Shown piece by piece: positions 12,647 through 24,900 of a stretch of 64,000 nucleotides of DNA. Position 1 is the stretch's first letter, and each line of letters opens with the position of its first letter. The notes under the pieces were generated by a model. It worked only from the letters and a program-made list of their open reading frames with translations, searched no databases and was not told the origin of the DNA. A program made the position numbers and the translations under genes. The DNA is taken from the NCBI GenBank assembly GCA_043228905.1, contig JBHGNT010000013.1, positions 806,001-870,000 on the forward strand, written 5' to 3'. Origin of the DNA: Azolla caroliniana (lineage: Eukaryota > Plantae > Polypodiophyta).

Positions 12647-15533
12647 TGTCAGGAACAGTACTAAGACAGAGAAGTACTGTCAGGAATAGTACTAAGACAG
12701 AGAAGGAATTAGTACCAAAAGATGAGGATTAGTAATAAGAGAGGTGTAGAACTCTCAAGAGAAGGAAAGAGTGTGTGAGAGAGAGAGGGATATATATATA
12801 TATATATATATATGGAGAGAGAGAGAGAGCGAGAGAGAGAGAGAGAAGCTTGGAAGATTGGTCTAATTAAACTAGTTCCAAAGGTGGCATCTCTTGAGTC
12901 ATTTCATCAATGGAGACCTATTTCTTTGATGGGGGGGTTGTACAAGATATTTACGAAGGTCTTGGCAAATAGATTACAAAATTTGCCAAAGTTGATACAC
13001 CCCGCCCAATATGGTTTTATTGTAGGTAGAAATATATTGCATAATGTGTTGAATGTTCAAATGGCCATGGATTATGCTCGGAACACTCATCAAGAATTGA
13101 TTATGGTGCAATTAGATTTGGAGAAAGCTTATGATCATGTTAATTGGTCTTTTGTTTCTGGGTTAATGCATACAATGGGGTTTGGACCTCGTATGTCTCA
13201 CTTCATATTTTTATTAGGACAAGATGCAGTGTCTCGAGTAATGCTTAATGGGGGAATTACATTAGATATTGCCCTCACAAGATCCATTCGTCAAGGATGC
13301 CCTCTTAGCCCATTGTTGTTTGGTATTGTTACTCATCCTGTGATGCTATCAAGACTTGCAATAAATGGTGACATTGTGGGTTTACACCTTCCGTCCGGAG
13401 GGCAAATAGTAGCACAAGCTTTGGCGGATGATTTTTTCATGTTTTTACAAGCCTCACGGGAGAATCTTGAGAAGGGAATGCTTGTATGGAATCAGTTTGC
13501 ATTGGCTTCCGGATTACATATTAATTGGAGGAAGTCTAGTCTCATATCATGCACTGAAAGGGATTTGGAATGTTTAGGATGGCAAGGATCCGTGGTGAAG
13601 AAAGGCTCTATTTTTCGACACTTGGGCTATCCATTAGGAATGAATGTTACAAATGGTCAATTGATTGAATGGATGTCTAATAAGTTGAGGGATAAGTTCA
13701 TGTATTGGAAGTCACAATCTTGGCCATTTCATGTTCGCTTGAAGGTTGTACAATGTATTATATTACTTGCCATTATTGCCATGGACAAAGAAGGCGTTGA
13801 ATTCTGTTTTGCAACCTCTTCGATATTTGTTGTGGAAGAAGAGGGATAAGATGGGAATCACATGGATTGCTTGGAATCATCTAGCAACCCCTAAGCGATT
13901 GGGGGGGGGGGTTGGAATATTGAACTTATCGATGCATATGATGGCTCGTAGATTTTCATTATTACAAGACAAACTCACAACCATGGATATCTATTGTTCG
14001 ATATTTCATTGAGAACAAGGATTTAACACATGGGAGGACAATGATTAAGGCTTTGTGGTGACAATTATTGAATGGATGTATTTCACTTAGGATTCCGGGT
14101 TCTTCATGTGTTCAACACTTAGTTACCTCATGGCAAGAAGCACTCTTGTTATGTGTATGGAAACCATCATCTAGTAGAGAGCATTGTAACTCTTTGTAAA
14201 AAGAGTTACTTGTGTCTTCTCGGTTATTATGCTGGCCAGGAAAGGAGATATTGCGTTCTCAATTTAATCGTTTGTTTTGTTTGGGGGTCAAAGAGGTGGG
14301 AGATATAGTTGAGGTTCCATCTCAAAGAATTTTGGAGTTTACTGAAGCACGACAATTATTACGCATCCCGCCTAATTATGGGTTTATTTGGCAACAACTA
14401 CAGAATATTGCATTGATGCAAGGTCCCTTACCTCTACAAACAGGAGAACAACCGTGGATTGATTGGAGTTTAAGGGGTCAAACACCATTGTTACAAGTGA
14501 CTACTAATCTTTTGTATCATTGTTCCGTTGAGTCTCTTGGATGGTTATCATCTAAGGCTGAAGAAGAATGGAAAATACACAAATTTGATCATGGGTGGTG
14601 GCTGATCTTACAACGTAGCTGGCATTCTAAATTGCCACTTGTTGCAAAGGTATTCATTTGGAGAGTTTTGATCGGAGGATTGCCTTTGGGATTAGCTTTA
14701 AAGCGCCGTGGACTAGCAACGGGTACCTGCTTCTTTTGCATAGTTCAGATAGAAGATAGTACTCATCGATTTATACAATGTCCAATTGCTTGTCAAATTT
14801 GGAGTTACATTTCTCAAATTTGGCAAGTTTTATCACGGAGTTATTTGACACCTAGACAATGGGTGTTTGCACAATTTATACAGGCTGACCCAAAATCAGA
14901 GATGGAGATTGTTTTCCTATTTCTGAGATATTGGGGATTGCGTCATAATTGGAACATGCGCAACGCTTTTGTATTTGATGGTAGACATGGAGTGAAAGCA
15001 TATCTACGAAAGTTGAAGGGAGTACTAATGTGGCAATTTTCTTTATTGGAACAAGTGGAAATTCTTTCCTCAATGGAGTGTTCATCTTGCCTATTGGCAA
15101 TTCAACATGTTCCACTACCCATGTAGTGTAGTGTGGTTAGTGTGTGACCATACTCCATTGTCACACGTATTGTAAGTAGTGTTTTTCACACACATTTATT
15201 AATATAATTGTGTGTTTTCACCAAAAAGAGAGAGAGAGAGAGAGAATGATGATAACAAAAGATATATATTATGTGAAGAGAATATATAGTAGTAGATAGG
15301 AGGCTTAAGATTGGCGTTGAACCGATTTGGTTCGAAATAATGCCTTGTGCCTCCTTATATAGTGTTTTCATGAGTACTCTTGAAATTTCTAGAATGTTCT
15401 AGAGAAACCTGGAATATACATCAATTTTCTATAGTGAAATAATAAATGAAAATAATATCCTTTGTATTACAATGTATAGTGCTTGACCCATGTAACATAA
15501 GGTCATGGGTTCGAATCTTGCCATATCATGACA
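12647..15533 (-). mobile_element. LTR interrupted by a LINE inserted in its GA microsatellite
   Basis: Minus-strand start TGTCATGATATGG at 15533. The end ...TAGTACTATTCCTGACA is present twice (31-bp duplication, 12647 and 12678). Matches the 8.2-8.9 kb LTRs. Confidence 0.75.
12847..15227 (+). mobile_element. 5'-truncated L1-clade LINE, frameshifted ORF2 (RT plus zf-RVT)
   Basis: WRPISL, QLDLEKAYDHVNW, SIRQGCPLSPLLF, LADD, RHLG and CFFC...THRFIQC motifs; short A tail at 15223-15227; flanked by (GA)n on both sides. Confidence 0.92.
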
Positions 15534-15617
15534 ACACCGAGCGCAGACTAGGCCGGAGCACAAATGATGGGGCTACGAGCGACGGATGAACTTGGAGCTG
15601 TGACGAGGCTAGGAACT

Positions 15618-18419
15618 CTAGAATACGGAGCATTAGAAGGCTCCACAATACCCATATGCACCTTCTCTTTTAGCAACTCAATGAGCTTCAGAATATGAGC
15701 TCTCGGAACAGGAATTGGTTTCAAGTTCCAAGGCATATGAGGGACAATAAAGATAATCATTGGCTCCACCAATTGTGGGTCCACACAACCTACCTTTGAA
15801 GGTGAAAAAGCAAGGGCTTTACCATGTCGAGATAACATCTTCCAAAATTGGTTTTCTTCAACTCGATTGAGGAAGTCACCCCCTCCTATCTAAAGCTTCC
15901 CTTGTGAAGACTATGAAAACACATGACCAATATTCCTCGGATCCCGTAACATTGGTTCTTGCTTCACTCTTTTGAGCCTATCTATGCTATCAACTGGCAA
16001 TGGTTCTGCTATAGGTCGAACTTTCCGATCCACTGTCTTATATTTTGTATGGACGCGAGCAACCATATCCATCCGATTCCGAAATGTTGCAATTTCAACA
16101 TACATATCCACTGAATTGGTCGGAATAAAAAATGACTGACCTTCATTCACATAGACAGAGTTTTCAAGCTCCCCAATGGTATCCACAGGAAAATTCCTCC
16201 ATAATTCTAGACACCTACTCATCCGGTTCCAAAATCCGATACTTAAGAAACATCACCCGAATGTCTCCCACATTTCCCTAGCTTTTACCACTTAAATCAT
16301 CGACATTAGAAAATGAGATTGCTCCGGTACAAGAAATATAAACGTTATTATTGCCTGAACAATTATTGTCATACAGGGACTTTTGTTGTCCCGGACTATT
16401 ATAACCCTGTCTTACAATAGTCCTATCTAAAAAATCTGATCAGAGGATACATGTAAACTATCCTGATTTCTTTCATGATTAGGTCAAACTGTCTGAAACT
16501 GTATCTTTGATCCGAGCATAGGCCGATCCATCATCCAACACCTTTGTCTCCATGCGGACAACAAACATGAAGGGTTGACCCAATATAACTGGATATGTGG
16601 CTGAATCATGAATAAAGAAATGTTGAAGCACAGTAACACCACCAATTGATACCTCCACATCAGGGCAAGCTCCTCATAACTCCTCTGATGACTATGTTGC
16701 TGCTTGAATCCTCCAATGATGATCAGAAGTCATTGACCACCGTCCTTGCCTGTAAACCTCTAAGGACATGATGTTATTCTTTAAGCCACTATCAATCAAA
16801 GCCACGACTGCATCCGATAAACTACCAAGTTGCACTTTTGTTTCTGTAGTTGCCCGAGCCCAGTGATTTTGAGTAAAATCGTTCTTCGGAATATAATCTT
16901 CATCCTTCAGCACTTGTGTAGATCCTTCTTTCCATCCAGCCTCCTTTGCAGACATTGTTGTATCAACCGGAATTCACTTCCTTCGCACCTTCTCCAATAA
17001 ATCATCTTGTACTTCCTTTTTGGAGACTGCCAACAAGTCTCCTAATGGAACCGAGATATGTTGCTTTAAAACATAATTATCAATGAAAGATAAAGCATCT
17101 ATTTCTTGTTCCAATTCAGTCTGCATCCAGAATGTTGGAGATGACTTCTTGGATGCATGTATAGGTTTTGGTTCAGCCCTTTGTATGTCCAAATTTTGCT
17201 TTTCGGATGGAGGACGAAAATCAGTCCTCCGTGATCCAATTCTTCCTCTCTTCTCCTCTTCTCTTCTACCAGCCAGTCCTTAGCCAACCATCTTCAATAC
17301 GAATAGTCTGAATAGCTGGATCTTGCTTTGGCATTTCAATTAGTCGAACAACAGCCGAAGTGGAATGGAAAATTACTTGTGCATGTCGAAGCTCTTCTTC
17401 CTCCAAGAGCTTTTTCATTCCTCCTTGCCCAAAATTTGTCTTCAGTGGTTGACGAGTCACAGATGAGTGGATCAACCAATCCTTGTATAATATGAGGTTC
17501 TTCTGCATAGCCTCCTGATGCTCCACACACTCCGATCTTTGATGCTCCAAACTATCACACCATAAGCATTGAAAATCCCTAGTCGGAAGAGTTCATTGCA
17601 CTTGTGGTTGATGTTGCACCTTCGACATGGAAGAAATCTTCCACTCCATGAATTGCTTCACTAGCTCATCTACGTCACTTGGTTGTGTTTTCTCCATAGA
17701 TGCCTCGATCCTTGTTCCTGTCCTTAAAGAGGAGGTCAGAGTAACATTTCCAAGTCCCTTCGAGCCCAACTATGTTCGTCTTTTCTCATATCGAAGGCAG
17801 ATGGACCGAATTTGGCTCCAGTTCTCCTCTAAACCTGTTTCAAATTCACCTGATTCCATAAGTTTCCCTATCTCTACCCTATCTGCATAAGGAACCGAGT
17901 GAAGGAAGAGAACTACTTTCTCTGGTTCAAGCAAAGTTTGCTCCTGAACTGAGAGTTGTCAGAACTTTGCTTCAAAATCAGTAAGGGTCTCTATAATTGA
18001 CCCATGCTTCTTGTCCGACTCCACCCAAGCTTCAAATACCCATTGGGTCATCTTGGTGGAATCAACATAATTGAAAACACCAAGCAGATCACAACGGAAT
18101 GCCTCCCAATCAACATCTTGCATCTGAAGCTCTTCTATGATAGGAAGAACATCGGCATCTACCACATGATGAAAGTTGGATTTCTTCAAATCAGCGGAAA
18201 TATTACGATGTAACATCTCTGCATCATACACCTGCAAAAATCGGGTCACATCCTTTCTAGTGAATGGACCTAACTTCTCTAATACCCCATCCAAAACTCG
18301 ATCTACGTTCGGACTCGTCTCCCTCCCTGTGAGAACAACTTCTAGAATTGATTGAAATTGTGTTGCATCCATGTTTGAAAGAGGTAAAATCCCAAAGAAC
18401 TCGCTCTCCCTACCGCTTG
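15618..18419 (-). pseudogene. Decayed Gypsy gag-PR-start of RT, related to the 41135-49207 element
   Basis: HWARATTETKV...ALIDSG, TKYKTVDRKVRPIA and PHMPWNLKPIPVPRAH match ORFs of the 41-49 kb element. Truncated at the start of RT. Confidence 0.9.
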
Positions 18420-18437
18420 TTCACGTCAGGTTCACCA
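18420..18437 (-). promoter_or_regulatory. Primer binding site, tRNA-Trp type
   Basis: TGGTGAACCTGACGTGAA lies 2 nt after the LTR end and matches the complement of the plant tRNA-Trp 3' end (TGGTGAACCCGACGTGAA, from memory) with one mismatch. Confidence 0.8.
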
Positions 18438-18439
18438 CA

Positions 18440-18835
18440 TGTCGCGTCAAAGAAATTGGCATGTCCGGGTGGAACCACTGGGGTTCTGAACCCAGAGAGT
18501 GAAAATAAGAAGGAAGGGAAGAGTAGGAAGTCGAGCCGAAAGTATCCCAATAGCCACAAGTATCTTGCAGTCATACTTGTGAAGACAAAAATCCTTGTAT
18601 CGTTCCATTGATGCAACAAATTAAGCATGCAGACACATATTGGAAAGCCCTCAGAAAGAGCTTTCCAACGAGCTATAGAACATCGAAACCAGACGTCAGA
18701 ATTGAGAGTTGTGAATAAAACACCATACACAACTACCCCTCAAGCATGGAAGAAGAAAGAATGCCAAATAAAAAATCTCTATTTCCTCGAGAAGAAAAAA
18801 CACTTTACAAAATATGCCTCTTTGATTGTCCCCCC
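18440..18835 (-). mobile_element. 5' LTR (main part) of the decayed Gypsy; its first bases are displaced to 32809-32836
   Basis: Ends ...CGCGACA just before the PBS. The TGTCATGAGGG... start is found on the far side of the hAT-like insertion. Confidence 0.8.
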
Positions 18836-19900
18836 CAGTGTTGGGCAAATTTTCTAGACCCTACTGGAAATTTTCCTGCTACTTATGATCCTAACCGGAA
18901 ATTAAAAATTTTAACCGACCACTTTCCTACGAGTAATACTGTTAACCGGAACATTTTCAAAAAGAAAAATCGCACATAGAATTTTTTTTTTGCCACATCC
19001 AATTATATCAAACTAATGAAACATCTTAATCAAATTCAAGAGCTTTTATCACATTATGTTTTCTTAATGAACCATTTACCATCGTGATGGCCAAAGACTT
19101 GATTTTGAGGCTCGATATCGGATGTCATTGGCAGCCACACAAATATTTCAAGCTTCAATACTATTCATATCTCGTTTACATCTAAGTTGTTTACAATGTA
19201 CAGATACATTTCTAGGAATTTAGCCTCTCCTATCCAAGCAAAAAATCATGGCATTTGGTACTTTGGTTATTCATACTCAAAATTCCAATGTTTGAAAAGC
19301 TTTGCGACACATTTTGGATGCTAATGTTGAATATCTTCCAATGTTACAATTTGAAGTGGGGAAGTTGGTGATTCACCAACCGCCAATCAACTAGATTTTG
19401 AAAAACCAACTATAAATGGCTTCCACATACATTCTCCACACACACACACACACACAATCAATCAATCATTCTTGATGTTAGACCTTGACCTCAACACAAC
19501 ATTGATGCATGATGACTTTGAATTATCTCTATGTCTTGACCAATGGTGATTTCTGAATCCCACGCACATTTTGTGTTCTCTTACAACACATTCTAAATCT
19601 AGTCTACCTTGGGTGGAGTCATCGTCGATAACGGTATCTTGAAGCTGTGTATGTGTCCATGTTGTGTCTATGGGTAGCTTAGGTAATAACAAAAAAGACA
19701 TCTAACGAAGGGAGTGGTATTGAATCTTCGTCAATGCTGCGTTATACTACATATAGGGTAGTAGAATCTACACATCAAGAAACTCAACAATTTCCCTTAC
19801 ACGAATCCATTTGCATTATCATCACCATCACCTTCTTCTTCTTCTTCTTCTCCTTCTTCTCCTTCTTCATATTTAGGTTGTTATGCATATGTATTTATGT

Positions 19901-20136
19901 ACACAAAAGCCCGCCATAATCAACAACAGGGGAAGCCAAGTAAGACGGGGTTCTCTCTCTCTCTCTCTCTGTATGTTCTAATGTTTACTAGTTATTAACT
20001 AAATTAACACTACACAAAAGCCCGCCATAATCAACAACAAGGAAAGCCAAGTAAGACGGGGTTCTCTCTCTCTCTCTCTCTCTGTATGTTCTAATTTTTT
20101 TTATATAGAGACTAGTTATTAACTAAATTAACACTA
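19901..20136 (+). repeat. Tandem duplication, ~112-bp unit
   Basis: ACACAAAAGCCCGCCATAATCAACAAC...CTAGTTATTAACTAAATTAACACTA occurs twice. Confidence 0.9.
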
Positions 20137-20683
20137 ATTAATTAAATAATGCATCATACCCTACCTCCACCATTGTTGTTCCTCCTCCACTGTTTTTTCT
20201 TCTTCATAACCAATTATAGAGGATTTGTCAGCATCAATCAGGTCCCCAACGAATGTACAGATTGATGTCAATATTTGTAAACAATTGATAATATATGCGA
20301 TTACCTGTGTATGGATTGTCAAGTCTCGACTCTCGAGTCATAAGGATTGGCAATCGAGAAGAGGTAATATAGGGGTCGAAGCATGCTACGGTGTACCAAC
20401 TTTTGGCCAAAAATTTAGTACTAAATCGAAGAAGAAAAGAAACATTAAAAATTGTAAATAAATTTCAAAAAACCAAAAACAAATTCATTACGTCACACTC
20501 GAATGTTCAAAGATATTATACGTCACACTCGAATGTCCCTAGGCCATATTTAATGCATTAAGTGTTGCCCCAGTCTCCTAGGTAGAGTTGTACGAAAGCA
20601 CACCTGGAGAAGGTTTCCATTGTGACAGGTGGTCAGTGTCAATCTCTCTCTCTCTGGTATTGGTAGTCGAACGTGTCAGTTGG

Positions 20684-20687
<4 letters not shown>

Positions 20688-20719
<32 letters not shown>

Positions 20720-20808
20720 GTCTCGAAGTTGTCAGACAGACACCTTCGAAGGTCTGTTTCTCTCTGTCTCTCACTCACTCTCTGTCTCTCTGTCTCTCTG
20801 TCTGTCTG

Positions 20809-20858
<50 letters not shown>

Positions 20859-21060
20859 GTCTCGAAGTTGTCAGACAGACACCGTCGAGGGTCTGTTTCT
20901 CTTTGTCTCTCACTCACTCTCTGTCTCTCTCTCTCTCTCTTCTACCTCGAAGTTGTCAGACAGACACCTTCGAAGGTCTGTTTCTCTCTGTCTCTCACTC
21001 CACCTTCGAAGGTCTCTTTCTTTCTTTCTTTCTGTTTCTCTCTCTCACTCCACCTTCGAT
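20688..21060 (+). repeat. (CT)n-containing tandem repeats in the 5' region of the accessory gene
   Basis: Three copies of CTCGAAGTTGTCAGACAGACACC..CGA.GGTCTGTTTCTC separated by CT tracts. Confidence 0.9.
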
Positions 21061-21991
21061 TCTCTGTTTCCCCGTTGTTGTTGTTCTTGTGTTCCCCTCT
21101 GTGCCAGGTTCGATCTCTGAACTCTGTATACGCAGCAGCCTCTGCAGCAGCCTCTGAAGTTTGTCTCCTCTGCAGCAGCCTCTGAAGTTTGCTCGTTTGT
21201 CTCCTCTGCAGCAGCCTCTGACGTTTTGCTCGTTTGTCATCCTGAAGTTTTCTCGTTTGTCTCCCAAGGTATCGAAATCAAGACGGTGTGGTACCTCTGC
21301 AAGTTTAGCGACCTCCAGGTATTCTCTGTGTTGCATGCCCAACTGGTATGTATTCTTTTTCTGAATGTTTCCTCTCTGTCTGTTTTTTATTTGTATGTGT
21401 ATGACCATTTGTAGGTTTTGATTATTCATAGTCTATGTGTTGCATGCCCAACTGGTATGTTTTTGTTTTCTCTGTGTTTCTCTGTGTTTCTTTTAAAAAT
21501 GTATCACAATATTTTGTTCGATGTGGTTGTGTGTTAGACATGTTTGTACATGTGGCCAAAATGGAGTTGGCTATGATGAGTTGCTATGTTTTTGTTTTGT
21601 TAATGTTTCATGTCCATCTGTTTTTATTTTGTGTGAGTTTGGCATGGATGAGTTTTTTTCCTACTATTTTGGGTTTTTGTATGTTGGACATGGCTTGTAC
21701 ATGCGATGTGATGGAGTTGGTTATGATGATTTACAAAGTTTTCGTTTTCTTTGACTTTCCTATTCGTCTGTTTTTATTTTCTGTGTGTTTGACATGGATG
21801 AGTTTTATTTTCTGTGTGTTTGACTATTTAGGGTTATTGTGTGTTGATTTGCAATGTGATGATTTGCTATGTGGTTTGTACATGTGGTTTGTACATGCAA
21901 TGTGATGATTTGCTATGTGTTGATGGTAATTGCGATGTGTTGATGGTAATTGATTTGCTATGTGTTGATGAGAATTGTGTTGACTAGGAAA

Positions 21992-24900
21992 ATGACGAGA
22001 AGGACACCCATAAAGAAGACATTGATGAAAGAGAAAGTGAAGACACCAGTGAAGGAAGGAAGAAGGACACCCATGAAAGAAAGCAAGAAGACACCCACAA
22101 GAGAAAGGGTGATGAATTCATCAACACAGAGAAAGAAGACCTGGCAGTACCAGTCCATCAGTCGAGACACACCTCTTGGATGGAATTATTTCCTTCGGGC
22201 ACGACCTGACGTTTACCCAGAGCTGAGAGAGTGGTTGTTAAAAACCTGGGGGTCAGCACATCCCGACACAAGGCGAGGATTCCACATGAGTGGTTTGAAG
22301 AGGGAATACATCAATTTATTGAAGACGAGATACGAACATGTTTATGATACAAATCAAATCACTAACAATGAGGTGGGTACTGTTTTTGCACGTGCTTTTG
22401 CATGTGAAGTTGAAGGTGGCATCGACGTTAATTGGGAAGATTTTAATCGGCACCGGTCAGAACATTACAAAGGGTCCTCCAGTACCAACACTGGCTTGAA
22501 GTCATCTGGAACCTCTCATGTGGATATTCCAGCTACAACACCTGTCCAACAAGTTCTAGAGGCAAAGGTACGGGCCACAATGACTGAAAAACATGAACAG
22601 ATGATGGCTGGTTGCATAGCTTCTATGAGCTCAAGAATACAAGCACTACTTGCTGATTTGGAAGCAGTTAAATCAGCTGAGATACAGGCAGAAAAGAAAT
22701 TTTCTTCAATAAAGACTACATATGAATGGATTGCATCGACAATCCAAAATTCAGAAAGTGAGGTGTTGAAAGAGGAGTTGAAGAAAGAGCTGAACAATAT
22801 GGGTGCTCAATTACATTCACAGATGACAGACCTTGATACTTGCAGGAATGCACATGAAGAAATAGATAATAAGTTGTCAGCCTTAAAGTTGCATTCTGAG
22901 AACCTTGCATGCTTGATGCAGGATTTAAAACATAATGGTTTTGATACTTTGTGTCCATCTGTAATTGAGCACCCAAGTGGTATAGAAAGTACCATTACTA
23001 GTATAGCTATATCACGGTATTAGCTTTAAAAGTTATTTATTTCTACTTTTATGGTATAAATAAGTGAGCAGCTAATATATTATAACTTGTGTTTGCAATC
23101 TTCCAGGTGTATATTTTGTGGCCTCGGATTCAAGCTGGAGGCTATGGATGTTGTGATTACACCATGCTTGCACACATATCATGTGCTATGTGCTAAGTAT
23201 CATTTTGAGAAAGAGAATACATGTATGGACTGTAAAACTACAATTGCGGCTGAGTGGTACTATGCTTGGGGTTTAAAAGTACACCCGTACGGTATGTGGC
23301 TCTACTATTCTATTGTTTGTATTATATAATGTCAATTATCATTTGGACTAGAACTAGTGTATGCCACAATTCATACTTAAAATTTAGGAGAACAATGGAT
23401 TAGTATTAGTGTATCTCTAACAACAATGGGATAGTATTGGCAGTACTCTTAATATATAATTGGTATGTGTAGTTAGTTGAAGGGATATTTTCCAGAATTA
23501 GTAGTACTAAAAGGGAACCAGGTACAACATCGTCCAATCTATATTGTAACTTGCCTAGTATTAGTTTAGTAAACACTATACTTATAGTACACTGTTGACT
23601 GTTAGTATTGTTTGTGTAACTTGGAAATTAGTACTAGTAATGTAATTTGGGAACAAGGTGTCACTTAAATTGCTGAATAATAGTACAGTTTCTGTAATTT
23701 GGAAATGAGGTGTGTGAAACACATATCACGTTTAGTACTAATACTGTTCAAGTTCAATACTGTTGGTGTAATTAGTACAAGTTATGTAACTAGGTGTGTA
23801 GAACACATATCACGTTTAGTATTACTTGTGTGCAAAATACCAATCTACATTTGTTGGATTAGTACTTAGTAATTACTACATTGTTCATGATTAGTACTAG
23901 TTTTGTACTTTGTGAACTAAGTTTCTAGTACATTGCTCATGATTAGTAATAGTTTTGTAACTAAGTGAGTAGTACATTGCTCATGATTAGTACTAGTTTT
24001 GTAATTTGGGAACTGAGTAGTACTTTGTTCCCTATTAGTACTAGATTTGTACCTTATTTGTGTAAATTGGTAACTAAGTGAGTAGTATATTGTGCATGAT
24101 TAGTACTATTTGTGTAATTTGGGAACTAAGTGAGCAGTACATTGTTCGGGATTAGTACTAGTTCAGTGATTTAGGAAATAAGTGAGTAGTACATTGTTCA
24201 AGATTAGTACTACTTATAAATTTGACAAAGTCAGTGGTGCATTTTTCGGGATTAGTACTTGTGCATGATTAGTACTACTTGTGTATATTGTGCATGATTA
24301 GTACTATTTGTGTAATTTGCGAACTAAGTGAGCAGTACATTGTTCCTTATAAGTACTAGTCCACTAATTTAGGAAACAAGTGAGTAGTACATTGTTCATG
24401 ATTAGTACAGTGGTACATTGTTCGGGATTAGTACTCCTTGTGTAACATGGTAACTAAGTGAGTAGTATATTCTGCATGATTAGTACTACTTGTGTATATT
24501 GTGCATGATTAGTACTACTTCTGTAAATTGGGAACTAAGTGAGCAGTACATTGTTCCTTATTAGTACTAGTTCAGTAAATTAGGAACTATGTGAGGAGTA
24601 CATTGTGACCTACATTGTATATTTTAGATGATGGTACTAACGTTCAACGTTTTTTTGTTTCTTGCAATGAATGTCGTAGTGTCAAGCAACTCCACGCCAG
24701 GGAAGGTCATGGAACTACCAGCCCCTGTGCCTAAACCCTCAATATCTGCCGCACATTCCAAGGTTCAGGGACCATCATTACCAATAACCTATGATTTTTA
24801 TGATGAGGATGAATGTATGAGAAGGGCCATTGGAGCAGTGGAACATATGCTTCTACAAACAAATTCCCCAAGCTCCGGTCAACAATTTGAAATAGAGCCC

